Assembly (NCBI GenBank): GCA_963741515.1
Contig: CAVUIA010000004.1
Location: 67 to 64,066, forward strand
Reading direction: 5' to 3'
Length of the DNA: 64,000 nucleotides
Origin: an uncultured bacterium
GTDB lineage: Bacteria; Desulfobacterota; Deferrimicrobia; Deferrimicrobiales; Deferrimicrobiaceae
A program made the position numbers and the translations under genes. Shown in pieces: positions 13,076 through 22,279 of this stretch; the stretch's first letter is position 1; each line of letters begins with the position of its first letter. The notes under the pieces were generated by a model. It ran no database searches and was not told the origin of the DNA. It was given only the letters and a program-made list of their open reading frames with translations.

Positions 13076-13551
13076 GCCCCATCCTCCTCTTTCCCGGTCC
13101 TCCGGCCGCGCCGGACAGGCTTGACCAACCTCAGCGGAACCCGCGGCGACCCCCTGCGGACGATCTCGTCCAGGCTCAAGGCTTCACAGTAATCCATCAT
13201 CGCCTTTTCGAGGCCGCCCCACACCTCCCGCGCCACGCAAGCCGGGGAGGCCGGACAGCTGCCGGGGTTGTTCGCGCATTTGATGATGTATTGCCCGCCT
13301 TCCAGGGAATCGATGATCTCGCGAAGGGTGATCTCCCCGGGCGAACGGGCCAGGACATATCCGCCGTGCGACCCGCGCGTGGACCGGATCAGGCCGGCGC
13401 CCCGAAGAGGGATGACCAGCTTGGAGAGATATTTCTCCGAAATGTTCTGGTTCCTGGCGATCTCGTTCAAAAAGACCGGCTTCCCGTCGGTATGCTTCGC
13501 CAATTCGATGAGAAGGCGGAGCCCGTACCGGCTGCGCGTCGATATCTTCAT
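13072..13551 (-). CDS. Rrf2-family transcriptional regulator (IscR-like, C-x6-C-x5-C), embedded in the metA-cysK-metY operon
   Basis: [19 protein letters not shown] ... [14 protein letters not shown]. The stop overlaps the cysK start as ATGA. Confidence 0.85.
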   Translation of the reverse strand: MKISTRSRYGLRLLIELAKHTDGKPVFLNEIARNQNISEKYLSKLVIPLRGAGLIRSTRGSHGGYVLARSPGEITLREIIDSLEGGQYIIKCANNPGSCPASPACVAREVWGGLEKAMMDYCEALSLDEIVRRGSPRVPLRLVKPVRRGRRTGKEEDGA

Positions 13552-14516
13552 GACCTGTCGTTTCTCGGCGCGCGCCGACGCTCCAGCTTGGCGTTCGACA
13601 CGGGAATCTGGCTCAGGTCGAAGGGCGTCTTCTGGTACACCGAATAATTGAGCCAGTTCGAATACAGGAGATGCGCGTGGGAGCGCCAGCCCATCTCCGG
13701 CTCCTTCGAGGGGTCGTCGCCCGGGAAATAACCGGCCGGCGGGGCGATCGGGAGGCCCTTGCCCCTGTCCCGGTCGAATTCCGACTTGAGGGTGAGGCGG
13801 TCGTATTCCGGGTGGCCGAACACGAAGATCATCCTCTCGTCCGTCGACGAAACCATGTACACCCCGGCCGTATCCGAAACGGCCAGCATCTTGAGCCCCG
13901 GATTCCTGCGGATATCGCTTTCCAATACCTCCGTGTTCCGCGAATGCGGCGCCAGGAAGGAATCGTCGAATCCGCGCAGGATCGGCTCGAGCGGCTCGAG
14001 CACCTTGTGGCGGAACAGGCCGGACATCTTGGCTTCCAGCGGCCGCTTGGGAATCCCGTAATGATGGTAAAGACCGGCCTGGGCGCCCCAGCAGATGTGG
14101 AGCGTCGACCAGACGTTGGTCCGGCTCCAGTCCATGAGGCGGACGAGTTCCGGCCAGTAATCCACCTCCTCGAAGGGAAGGGTCTCCACCGGCGCCCCGG
14201 TGACGATCAGGCCGTCGAAACGCTCGTCCAGGACCTGTTCGAAGGGGGCGTAGAAGGCTTCCAGGTGCGCGGCCGAGGTGTTCTTCGACGCATGGCTGCC
14301 CATGCGGATCAGGCGGATTTCCACCTGCAGCGGGGTGTTTCCAAGGAGGCGGAGCAGCTGGGTCTCGGTGGCGATCTTGGTGGGCATGAGGTTGAGCACG
14401 GCGATCCGCAGCGGCCGGATGTCCTGGTGGACCGCGCGTTCGTCGATCATCACGAAGATATTCTCTTCTTCGAGCGTCCTGCGGGCGGGAAGGTCGTTCG
14501 GAATGCGTACGGGCAT
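13548..14516 (-). CDS. metA: homoserine O-acyltransferase MetA
   Basis: [23 protein letters not shown]... is the classic MetA N-terminus. GGAGGA RBS. The stop overlaps the Rrf2 start. Confidence 0.85.
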   Translation of the reverse strand: MPVRIPNDLPARRTLEEENIFVMIDERAVHQDIRPLRIAVLNLMPTKIATETQLLRLLGNTPLQVEIRLIRMGSHASKNTSAAHLEAFYAPFEQVLDERFDGLIVTGAPVETLPFEEVDYWPELVRLMDWSRTNVWSTLHICWGAQAGLYHHYGIPKRPLEAKMSGLFRHKVLEPLEPILRGFDDSFLAPHSRNTEVLESDIRRNPGLKMLAVSDTAGVYMVSSTDERMIFVFGHPEYDRLTLKSEFDRDRGKGLPIAPPAGYFPGDDPSKEPEMGWRSHAHLLYSNWLNYSVYQKTPFDLSQIPVSNAKLERRRAPRNDRS

Positions 14517-14701
14517 TTTGTCCTCCTCGCGATACACTACCAAAACGGTTGCAATAGTGTCAAGCCGCGACATCCTCTCGCGGCGGCGATTCGCTCCCTG
14601 CTCGATGGTGCGAAACACCCGGCGCTCGCCGGCGTCGCTCTTGCGGGGTTGCCCTGCCCGGGCGAGGCGGCCGACGCGTAATTCATACTTAATATATAGA
14701 G

Positions 14702-14730
14702 TATATAGTTTATTGCTTTTGAGATGTCAA
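14702..14730 (-). promoter_or_regulatory. strong sigma70-type promoter (TTGACA-17-TATATA) for the metA-rrf2-cysK-metY operon
   Basis: RC of 14725-14730 is TTGACA and RC of 14702-14707 is TATATA. Lies in an AT-rich patch and is followed by a GC-rich leader of about 190 nt. Confidence 0.55.
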
Positions 14731-14737
14731 CCTTTTA

Positions 14738-14863
14738 TTAACCCCATTCTCTCGGGTATATCCGGACGATTATTTTTTCATTAAAAACAGGAGCTTCTGT
14801 TTCGACGTGCGACGAGTCATCCTCCCAGAACTTCTTCAGCGTTGAAAGGGCGATGACCGGCAT
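14738..14863 (-). pseudogene. higB-like toxin 5' fragment; the first ~19 codons are homologous to higB at 4578, then the ORF runs into AT-rich DNA
   Basis: MPVIALSTLKKFWEDDSSHVETEAP... compared with MRVIALSTLKKVWEDDSSNMDAREP. About 60 nt are about 85% identical at DNA level to 4522-4586. Confidence 0.55.
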
Positions 14864-14929
14864 GAGAAGCTGTAAGGTTTTTGTCGGTATGGCGACGAAT
14901 CAGAAAACGCACTCCTGGAGGTCACGAAA

Positions 14930-15322
14930 ATGAAATATCGCATCCACTTTACCGGGTTAATCTTCGCAGGATTGTTGCTTTTCGCCGGACAGGCTCAGGC
15001 TCTCGACATCCAGTCCTACACTGCCACGGCAATGCAACAGGCGCAGGCTTCCGGAAAGCCGGTTGCCGTTCATTTTCACGCCGATTGGTGTCCGACCTGC
15101 AAGGCGCAGGAGAAGGTCTTCAAGAACCTGCAAGGCGATCCGCAGCTCGAGGGCATCACCCTGCTGGTCGCGAACTACGACGACGAACGGGACCTCAAGA
15201 AGGCCTTGAACGTGCGTGCCCAGTCGGTGGTCGTGATTTTCAAAGGCAGCAAGGAAACCGCCCGCATCGGCGGCGAAACCAAACCAGAGATAATCAAGGC
15301 CGCCCTGCTGACGGCGCTGTAA
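14930..15322 (+). CDS. secreted thioredoxin-family protein (WCPTC active site)
   Basis: Signal-peptide-like N-terminus MKYRIHFTGLIFAGLLLFAGQAQA. HADWCPTCK. Strong RBS. GC is noticeably lower than in the surrounding DNA. Confidence 0.8.
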   Translation: MKYRIHFTGLIFAGLLLFAGQAQALDIQSYTATAMQQAQASGKPVAVHFHADWCPTCKAQEKVFKNLQGDPQLEGITLLVANYDDERDLKKALNVRAQSVVVIFKGSKETARIGGETKPEIIKAALLTAL

Positions 15323-15325
15323 ACC

Positions 15326-16063
15326 ATGGAAGCTGCCTCCTTCGGCCACCTGCTCCTCGCGCTCGCCGCGGGCGGATTGTCGACCCTGAACCCTTGCGTC
15401 TTTCCGCTGTTGCCGCTGGTGGTCGGCGGCAGCTTGCAGGCGCATCGCGCCGGGCCGGTGTTCATGGGGCTGGGCATGATTGCCTCGTTCGCCATGGATC
15501 GGCCTGCTGGTCGGCGTTGCCGGTCCGGCGCTGGGGATCGATAACGACAGCATCCGCACAACCGGGGGTGTGCTCTTGTTGCTGCTCGGGGCCGTTATGG
15601 TTCTGGTCCCCGGCGCTGAGAATGAACACTTTACCCGCCTCATGACGCCGCTAGCGAGTACCGCCGATGGTTTGTCGAGTCGAATCAGCGCCACCTCGCT
15701 TGGTGGTTCATCCTGCTGGGCGGGCTTCTCGGTCTGGTGTGGAGCCCGTGTTCCGGGCCCTTGCTGATATCGGCGTTGACCTTGGTGGCCAGCAAAGGGG
15801 GGGCCCTGCGCGGCACCTTGATCCTGGGTGCCTTTGGTCTTGGTGCTGCGGTGCCGTTGATCGCCGCGTCTTATGCGTCGCGCGCCGGCTTTGCCCGGAT
15901 GCGCGGCTGGGTGTTGGGCCATATCAGGGCGCTCAAAACCGGGTTCGGTGTCCTGCTCGTCGGCCTGGGCATCGCCATCCTGATGAACTGGGACAAGCGC
16001 TTGGAGGCCTTGTTAATTCCGTTCTTGCCCGATTGGTGGGTGAACCTGACTGTGGCGATTTGA
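15326..16063 (+). CDS. ccdA: cytochrome c-type biogenesis / DsbD-family transmembrane protein CcdA; frame broken twice
   Basis: LSTLNPCVFPLLPLVVG and SPCSGPLL motifs. The protein is split over ORFs 15326-15544, 15480-15767 and 15737-16063. Confidence 0.75.
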
Positions 16064-16232
16064 GCGGTTGGTGATCTGGGCATTACGGACTGGCAGCATG
16101 AGGTCTTTCGCCGGTTTCAGAGTGAACCGGCCACGCAGCATCGCGGGAGCTGTCATCATCGGTTTGACCTGGCTTTCTATCGCTGCACTCACCATCCGAT
16201 GGATGGTGAAATGAAGGGATGGGAATAGCCGA

Positions 16233-16293
16233 ATACCGGAATATTACCCGCAAAACCGGAATTTTGGTGCCACGAATCGTCAGATACCGGAAC
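16233..16293. repeat. three direct repeats A(A/T)ACCGGAA(T/C) spaced 21 and 30 bp apart in an intergenic region
   Basis: ataccggaat at 16233, aaaccggaatt at 16254, ataccggaac at 16284. Confidence 0.5.
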
Positions 16294-16380
16294 CTGACAG
16301 AGGCATTCTGACGGACGGGGTTCGACAGAGCGGATGCAGTCGGCCTCGCGGAATCGAGTCCCCACGGAAACCGGGACGAT

Positions 16381-17625
16381 TCACCCCGGGCGGGCGTAGA
16401 GAAGCTGCAGCAGGCCGGTGTGCCGCTCGGCGAAGCCCCCTTCGCAGAAGGACAGGTAGCAATCCCACATCCTGACGAAGCGGTCGTCGTAGCCCAGCTC
16501 GCGGACCTCGGGGAGGCGGGCGTGGAAGTTTTTGCGCCATTCCCGCAAGGTCCGGGCGTAATGGGGGGTGAAGTCCTCCAGCCGGACCAGCCGGAAGTCG
16601 GTATGCACGGCCGCGGCCGCAGTCATCGCGCCCAGCGACGGGCAGCAGCCGCCGGGAAAGATGTACCGATTGATGAAATCGGGGTTCCTGACGTACCACG
16701 CGTATTCCCGGTCCGGCACGGTGATGGCCTGGATCAGCGCCAGGCCGTCGGCCTTGAGATGGCGGCAGCAGGCCTCGAAGAAGGCTGGCAGGTGGCGGTC
16801 GCCGACCGCCTCGATCATCTCGATCGCGGCCAGCCGGTCGTACTCGCCCTCGAGCTTCCGGTAATCCTCCTTGAGCAGCGTGATCCGCCCTTCCAGGCCG
16901 GCGGCCCGGACCCGCTCCCGCGCGAGGCAGTACTGCTCCTCAGAGATGGTGGTCGTCGTGACGCGGCAGCCGTAATTCCGGGCGGCGTGGATGGCGAACC
17001 CGCCCCAGCCCGTGCCGATCTCCAGCAGGCGCGTATCCGGCCCAAGCCGCAGGGCCCGGCAGACGCTGTCGAACTTGGCGATGGACGCCTCCTCCATGGT
17101 GCTGTCTTCCCGCTCGAAGATGCCGCAGGAATACGCCATCGTCGGGTCGAGGAACAGCCGGAAGAGATCGTTGCCCAGGTCGTAGTGGGCCTTGATGTTG
17201 CGCCGGCTGCCGAGCAGCGTGTTGTCGTTCAGCCAGTGCAGCACGCGGTGGACCGCCAGGGCACCCCACGCCGCGCCGCCTTCCATCCGCACCTGGGCCT
17301 CCCGGTTCCGAACCAGGATCCGGGCCAGGGCGGGCAGGTCGTCGCAGTCCCAGAGCCCCTCCATGTAAGCCTCACCGCCGCCGATGCTGCCGCCGAAGGC
17401 CACCTTGCGGTAGAACCGTGGATCGTGGACATGAATCGTGGCCCGCAGCGATGCGTCGGGTTCCCCGAAGTCCGCAGGCTGCCCCGCGTCGACCAGCGTC
17501 AACCGGCCGGACCGGATCCGGGACAGCGATTCCAGGACCAGCGACCGGGCCAGGCGCCCCATCGCCCCGACCCGGGCCGGCACTGCACCCGAATACCCGG
17601 CGCACTCCTGTCTTCCGTTTCTCAT
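16381..17625 (-). CDS. cfa: cyclopropane-fatty-acyl-phospholipid synthase family SAM-dependent methyltransferase
   Basis: LLEIGTGWGGFAIHAARNYGCRVTTTTIS SAM-binding motif and a CFA-synthase C-terminal domain. The ATG overlaps the upstream stop as ATGA. Confidence 0.85.
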   Translation of the reverse strand: MRNGRQECAGYSGAVPARVGAMGRLARSLVLESLSRIRSGRLTLVDAGQPADFGEPDASLRATIHVHDPRFYRKVAFGGSIGGGEAYMEGLWDCDDLPALARILVRNREAQVRMEGGAAWGALAVHRVLHWLNDNTLLGSRRNIKAHYDLGNDLFRLFLDPTMAYSCGIFEREDSTMEEASIAKFDSVCRALRLGPDTRLLEIGTGWGGFAIHAARNYGCRVTTTTISEEQYCLARERVRAAGLEGRITLLKEDYRKLEGEYDRLAAIEMIEAVGDRHLPAFFEACCRHLKADGLALIQAITVPDREYAWYVRNPDFINRYIFPGGCCPSLGAMTAAAAVHTDFRLVRLEDFTPHYARTLREWRKNFHARLPEVRELGYDDRFVRMWDCYLSFCEGGFAERHTGLLQLLYARPG

Positions 17626-18398
17626 CGGTGGTATGCCCCCTTGGTCACGTCCAGCTCCCCCGGGTGCGGGTGATACGGCACCCCTTTCCGCTTCAGCAGA
17701 AGAGCCTGCCAGTAGATTCCCCATACCACCATGCCGGTCATGAAGGGCCATCGCACCAGGACCCGCGCCAGGTTCCCCCCCGTGAGGGGGCGCCGCTCGA
17801 GGTCCAGCCCGGCCTCGAAGATCTTGTTCCCCTCCCGGAAGTTTTCGATCCGGGCGGTCAGGCGCTCTCCCGGCGCGGAGAAATGCCATTGATAGGCGAT
17901 GTCCATCGGCATGAACGGCGACACGTGGAATTCCTTGTCCACCGGGTACGAATACCGGCCGCCGAGGTCCGGTCCTCCCCGGGCGTCCAGCGCCCGGACA
18001 TACTCCTCCCCCCAGGGGGTGTTGTGCACCTCGGCCACGATCGCCTCGAGCCTCTGCCCGCCTTCCCCGAAGCAGTAATAGACGCTGATCGGATTGAAAC
18101 AGTAGCCCAGGTACCGCAGGTGCGTCAGGAGGCGGATCGGGCCGCCGAGGCGGAAGCCGAGCTGCTCCCGCACCAGGTCGCGGACCGTCGCGTCGAGGGG
18201 ACCGGGCCTCCGGATGTGATCGGAGCGCCGGAAGCTGGCCCAGTTCGGCTTCTCGATCGACCAGAACCAGCGGCCGTCGAAGACGCGGTCCAGCTCCGCC
18301 AGGTCGAGATAGAGCATAAAGAGGTTGTACCGGAACCGGTGGTCGGCACGGACCTCACGCCGGTGCTCGACGGTCCCCGCGTAGACGCAGCTCTCCAT
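17622..18398 (-). CDS. DUF1365-family protein (cfa-cluster associated)
   Basis: MESCVYAGTVEHRR...YLGYCFNPISVYYCF...; the start shares 1 nt with the upstream stop (TGATG). Confidence 0.75.
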   Translation of the reverse strand: MESCVYAGTVEHRREVRADHRFRYNLFMLYLDLAELDRVFDGRWFWSIEKPNWASFRRSDHIRRPGPLDATVRDLVREQLGFRLGGPIRLLTHLRYLGYCFNPISVYYCFGEGGQRLEAIVAEVHNTPWGEEYVRALDARGGPDLGGRYSYPVDKEFHVSPFMPMDIAYQWHFSAPGERLTARIENFREGNKIFEAGLDLERRPLTGGNLARVLVRWPFMTGMVVWGIYWQALLLKRKGVPYHPHPGELDVTKGAYHR

Positions 18399-19642
18399 CA
18401 GAGCCCCTTTCCGAAGCGCCCGCATACCGCGAGGGCGCTGTTCACGCCGTCTTCGTGGAAACCGTATCCCCACCAGGCGCCGCAATACCATGTGCGGTTG
18501 ACCCCGCTGATCTCGTCCCGGCGCTTCTGGGCCACGAAGGCCGCCTCCGAATAGACCGGGTGGTGGTAGACCATGCGTCGGATGACCCTCTCCGGGGAGA
18601 TGGCTTCCGGATCGTTGAGCGTCACGCAGAAATCCACCGGGGCGTCGAGTCCCTGCAGCTTGTTCATCCAGTAGGTCAGCGAGACGGCGCCCCGCTCTTC
18701 CCGGGGGATATGCACGTTCCAGCTGGCCCGGGCCCGGGGCAGCTTCGGGAGCAGGCGGCCGTCCGTGTGCAGCACCGTGTCGTTCCTTTGATACGGGATG
18801 GCGGAGAGGATCTCGCGTTCCGTGTCCGTGGCGTCGGCCAGCATCGCCAAAGCCTGGTCGCTGTGGCACGCCAAGACGACCTGGTCGAACCGTTCCGGAC
18901 GCTCTCCCCGCGCGGTCACCTCGACCCGGTCCGGGGCGCGGCGCACTTCCTCCACCGGCGACGACAGCCGGACCTTGTCGCGGAACGGCCTCGCCAGCGG
19001 CTCCACATATTGCCGCGACCCTCCCTCGACCACCCGCCATTTCGGCTGGCCGACCAGGTCGAGGATGCCGTGGTTGACGAAGAACCGGGCGAAGGCCGCC
19101 GCCGGGAACCGAAGGAATTTCTTCGGGTCGGCCGACCAGATGGCGCTCCCGATGGGAACGAGGAACTCGTCGACGAACCGGGCCGAGTAGCCCTGCCCCG
19201 TAAGGTACGATCCGAGGGTCAGCGACATGTCGCCGCGCTCGCAGAGCGGGCGAAGCCCGCGGTTGAAGCGGACGATCTCCAGAAGCATCCGCCAGAACGA
19301 GGGGCGGGCCAGATTTCCCCGCTGGGCGAACAGGGTGTCCGGAGTCGCGGAGCAATATTCCATCCCGGTCCGCTCGCTGGAGACGGAGAAGCTCATCACG
19401 CTCTCCCGGGACCCCACGCCAAGCCGGTCGAGCAGCCGGATGAAGTTGGGGTAGGTCCGCTCGTTGAAGACGATGAACCCGGTGTCCACGGCCCAGGTCC
19501 CTCCCTCCAGCGATACGTCCAGCGTGTTGGTGTGGCCCCCCAGGTAGTCTCCGGCCTCGAACAGGGTGATCTCGTGATCCCTGCAGAGAAGGTGGGCGGC
19601 CGTCAGCCCGGAAATGCCGCCCCCGACGATGGCGATCTTCAT
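18398..19642 (-). CDS. FAD-dependent oxidoreductase, amine-oxidase/desaturase-like
   Basis: MKIAIVGGGISGLTAAHLL dinucleotide-binding motif. About 415 aa. Same conserved context as cfa and DUF1365. Confidence 0.8.
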   Translation of the reverse strand: MKIAIVGGGISGLTAAHLLCRDHEITLFEAGDYLGGHTNTLDVSLEGGTWAVDTGFIVFNERTYPNFIRLLDRLGVGSRESVMSFSVSSERTGMEYCSATPDTLFAQRGNLARPSFWRMLLEIVRFNRGLRPLCERGDMSLTLGSYLTGQGYSARFVDEFLVPIGSAIWSADPKKFLRFPAAAFARFFVNHGILDLVGQPKWRVVEGGSRQYVEPLARPFRDKVRLSSPVEEVRRAPDRVEVTARGERPERFDQVVLACHSDQALAMLADATDTEREILSAIPYQRNDTVLHTDGRLLPKLPRARASWNVHIPREERGAVSLTYWMNKLQGLDAPVDFCVTLNDPEAISPERVIRRMVYHHPVYSEAAFVAQKRRDEISGVNRTWYCGAWWGYGFHEDGVNSALAVCGRFGKGL

Positions 19643-19658
19643 CGATTCCCCCTCTTTT

Positions 19659-20075
19659 TCACCCAAGCCACAGCCCGGCCTGGTACGCGAAGGCCGTCGT
19701 GGCGGCGCAGAGGAAGCAGCCCCAGCAGACGTCCACCCACACCATCCGGACCGGCCAGCGTTCCAGGGTGGCCATGTTCGTGAAGTCGTACACCCCGTAG
19801 AGGACCAATCCGTACAGGCCGCCCCAGCCGATCGACGAAAGCAGCGCGGCCCCCGGGTTCACCCGCGGGAGGGCGAAAACGACCGCCCCCAGGGGGATCA
19901 GCAGGTAGACCAGCCCGGCGGCCCAGTAGACCGGGACGATCGAATCGCCGCGTCGGCGGACGTACGGCCCCAGCTCGGACATGTAAAACCGTTTCATCAG
20001 GAGCCCCAGCCAGAGGTAATCCAGAAAGATGGCGAACGGGATGGAGAGTGCGAAGGCAATCGCGGCGCGGCGCAT
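19659..20075 (-). CDS. small integral membrane protein (DUF2177-like), cfa-cluster associated
   Basis: 138 aa with four predicted TM segments, ...YDFTNMATLERWP... Confidence 0.6.
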   Translation of the reverse strand: MRRAAIAFALSIPFAIFLDYLWLGLLMKRFYMSELGPYVRRRGDSIVPVYWAAGLVYLLIPLGAVVFALPRVNPGAALLSSIGWGGLYGLVLYGVYDFTNMATLERWPVRMVWVDVCWGCFLCAATTAFAYQAGLWLG

Positions 20076-20086
20076 GGACGGCTCCT

Positions 20087-20857
20087 TCAGGTACGGGGTG
20101 GCAGCGGGAAAAACGCGCTGGTGCAGCGCTTGTACTCCTGGAAGTCGGCCCGCCCTTCATATCGTTCCTCGAGCATGGGGACTCCGGATACCTTCAGGAT
20201 CAGGAAGGTGATGGCCAGCGGCCCGATCACCGTCATCCAGCCTCGGGGGACGGCGGCCGCGATGAGCCAGATTCCCCACCAGAGGGTCACTTCGCCGAAG
20301 TAGTTCGGGTGGCGGCTGTAGCGCCACAGGCCGCCGGTCATCAGCTTCCCCCGGTTCGCGGGGTCGCGAAGGAAGCGCGCCAGCTGGAGGTCCCCCGCCG
20401 CCTCGAACACGAACCCGACGAGCCAGACCAGGGCGCCGAGGGCGTCGAGCGCGATGAAAGGGGCGGCCGGGGAGGCGTTGACGAAGACCACCGGCGCCGC
20501 CACAAGCACCAGGAGAACCCCCTGCAGCATGAAGACCTGCAGGAAGGAGCGGAGCACGAACCAGCGTCCCCATTCTTCGCGCCATTTCCGGTAGCGCGGA
20601 TCCTCGCCCTTGCCCCGGTTCCGTAAATGGATATGGAGGGCCAGCCGCATGCCCCAGAAAATGACGAGCACGGTGACCAACAGGCCGCGCGCCGAATATT
20701 CCCCGGCGGCCACCAGCGAGACCAGCGCCGCCAGGATGAACCCGAGGCCCCAGGCCACGTCGGCGATATCGTTGCGCCCGCGGACCTGGGAGACGATGAA
20801 CCACCCCGTCATGTACAGCAGGACGGCTCCGGTGACGACAAGGTAGATCCGGGTCAT
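20087..20857 (-). CDS. DUF1295 / steroid-5-alpha-reductase-like membrane protein
   Basis: GLWRYSRHPNYFGEVTLWWGIWL is the characteristic C-terminal motif of this family. Confidence 0.75.
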   Translation of the reverse strand: MTRIYLVVTGAVLLYMTGWFIVSQVRGRNDIADVAWGLGFILAALVSLVAAGEYSARGLLVTVLVIFWGMRLALHIHLRNRGKGEDPRYRKWREEWGRWFVLRSFLQVFMLQGVLLVLVAAPVVFVNASPAAPFIALDALGALVWLVGFVFEAAGDLQLARFLRDPANRGKLMTGGLWRYSRHPNYFGEVTLWWGIWLIAAAVPRGWMTVIGPLAITFLILKVSGVPMLEERYEGRADFQEYKRCTSAFFPLPPRT

Positions 20858-21000
20858 GTGGGCGCTCTTTTCGACCTCAGCAACCTGGGTGCCAGCTGTC
20901 TGCCGAAACCGTTGTCAAAGCGATGAATGATAACCCCTATTATAAACGGCCGAGGGGTCCCGGACTTCCGCCGTTTTCTAATGGAAAGGCATTCGATGCG

Positions 21001-21549
21001 TCATTTGCCGCCCGGTTCCGGCCATTTCTGCGGGACCTTCCGGAGCTTGCCGGTCTCGTATCCCACGGAGGCCAGCCAGTCGGAGATCCTGAGGTACTCC
21101 TCTTCCGGGATGGAGGGAGTCCGGGCCATGACCCAGACATAATCCCGCTTGCTCCGCCCAATGACGGTCCGTGTGTATTCGTCGTCCAGGTGAATGACCA
21201 GGTACTCGGCCTTGATCGGCCACACGAACTGCATTCCCCACACGGCGTTGGTTTCGGTGTCCCGGATGAACCCCCTGGGCCGGTATTCCTTGCGGGGGCC
21301 GTCGAAGCCGCCCTTGCGGAAGGTGAACGTGGTCGCGATCGTGCCGTCCGGGTCCAGCCGGTACGACTCCACGGCGTTGTGCGCCCCCTCCTCGATCCAG
21401 GTCGGGATGCTGGCGATCACGTACCAGTCGCCCATGAAGCGGGGGATGTCGACGCGACGGACTACCGCAAGCGGAGGGTTTGAAGCCGCGCACCCCCCGA
21501 GGATCGTTCCCAGGCTCAACGCCGCCGCCCAGCCAATGATCGTTCTCAC
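21001..21549 (-). CDS. lipocalin-family outer-membrane lipoprotein (Blc-like)
   Basis: Lipobox LGTILGGC. FMGDWYVIASIP lipocalin signature. Confidence 0.8.
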   Translation of the reverse strand: MRTIIGWAAALSLGTILGGCAASNPPLAVVRRVDIPRFMGDWYVIASIPTWIEEGAHNAVESYRLDPDGTIATTFTFRKGGFDGPRKEYRPRGFIRDTETNAVWGMQFVWPIKAEYLVIHLDDEYTRTVIGRSKRDYVWVMARTPSIPEEEYLRISDWLASVGYETGKLRKVPQKWPEPGGK

Positions 21550-22170
21550 GCCGGCACCTCGCCTTTCCGGAGCAGGTCCTCCTTAAGACCCGGGTCGAGC
21601 GGCTGCTTCCCCAGCCAGATGGAGAAATAGGCCGAAGCGAAATCGTCCCCCTGGATGACCACCAGGGTCGTTCCGTTGAAGGAGAGCTCGGTTCCCGATC
21701 CGGGCCGGTATGTCAGGGCATACCGGTCGCCCGGCTTTACGTCCCGGTAGGCGGCGCGGATCCGGTCGAGACGGTCCCGGAGGGAAGAAAGGGTGGACGC
21801 GGAGACGTTCCGTGACAGCACCTCTTCCCCCGCCTTTCGCGATCTCCGCGGCGGATATCGCCCAGAAATATTGGATTTCCAGGCGCTTTGGAACTTCGCC
21901 GAGGACGGAGGCGGGATCCGCACCTTCCGGCAAATAGAGCCCGGCGACGTACGCGCGAAAGATCACTTTGTACCGCAGGAGCGCCGCGTTGTGGAGGCGC
22001 AGGGAAACCCAGGCATCCTGGTACGTTTCGACAAAGGGGACGCCTTCGACGATCCGTACGCTTCCCGGAGCCTTTCCGTTTTCCGCCGCGGCGTGGAGCG
22101 GCATCATCGCCGCGAAAGCCGAAAGCAGAAGAGCGAGGAGGATGGACCTTTCAGCGGACCGGGCAGCCAT
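21546..22170 (-). CDS. chalcone-isomerase-like family protein with signal peptide; 1 frame shift near 21840
   Basis: N-terminal part MAARSAERSILLALLLSAFAA...LLRYKVIFRAYVAGLYLPEGAD is in frame 21583-22473. The C-terminal part ...GDRYALTYRPGSGTELSFNGTTLVVIQGDDFASAYFSIWLG is in frame 21546-21923. Confidence 0.6.
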
Positions 22171-22279
22171 GATCGGATTCTCTCCCTTCGGTGTCCTTTC
22201 TTGCATTTGGATTCGGCGGTGCGGGATCGGATTCAATTCCCAAGGCGAACTCCCCCCGGGTTTTTCGCATCCAATCCGC

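Noticed and set aside
10824-13082. A 752-aa ORF that looks like a cysK-metY fusion
   Set aside because: Only the C-terminal 429 aa (MetY, from MASSKH at 12113) is genuine in this frame. The N-terminal 320 aa is an alternative frame across cysK. The true cysK is the separate frame 12145-13075.
16013-16195. 60-aa minus-strand ORF in the ccdA-cfa intergenic region
   Set aside because: It has no RBS and no conservation signal. It overlaps the ACCGGAA-repeat region, which is more plausibly regulatory DNA or a gene remnant.
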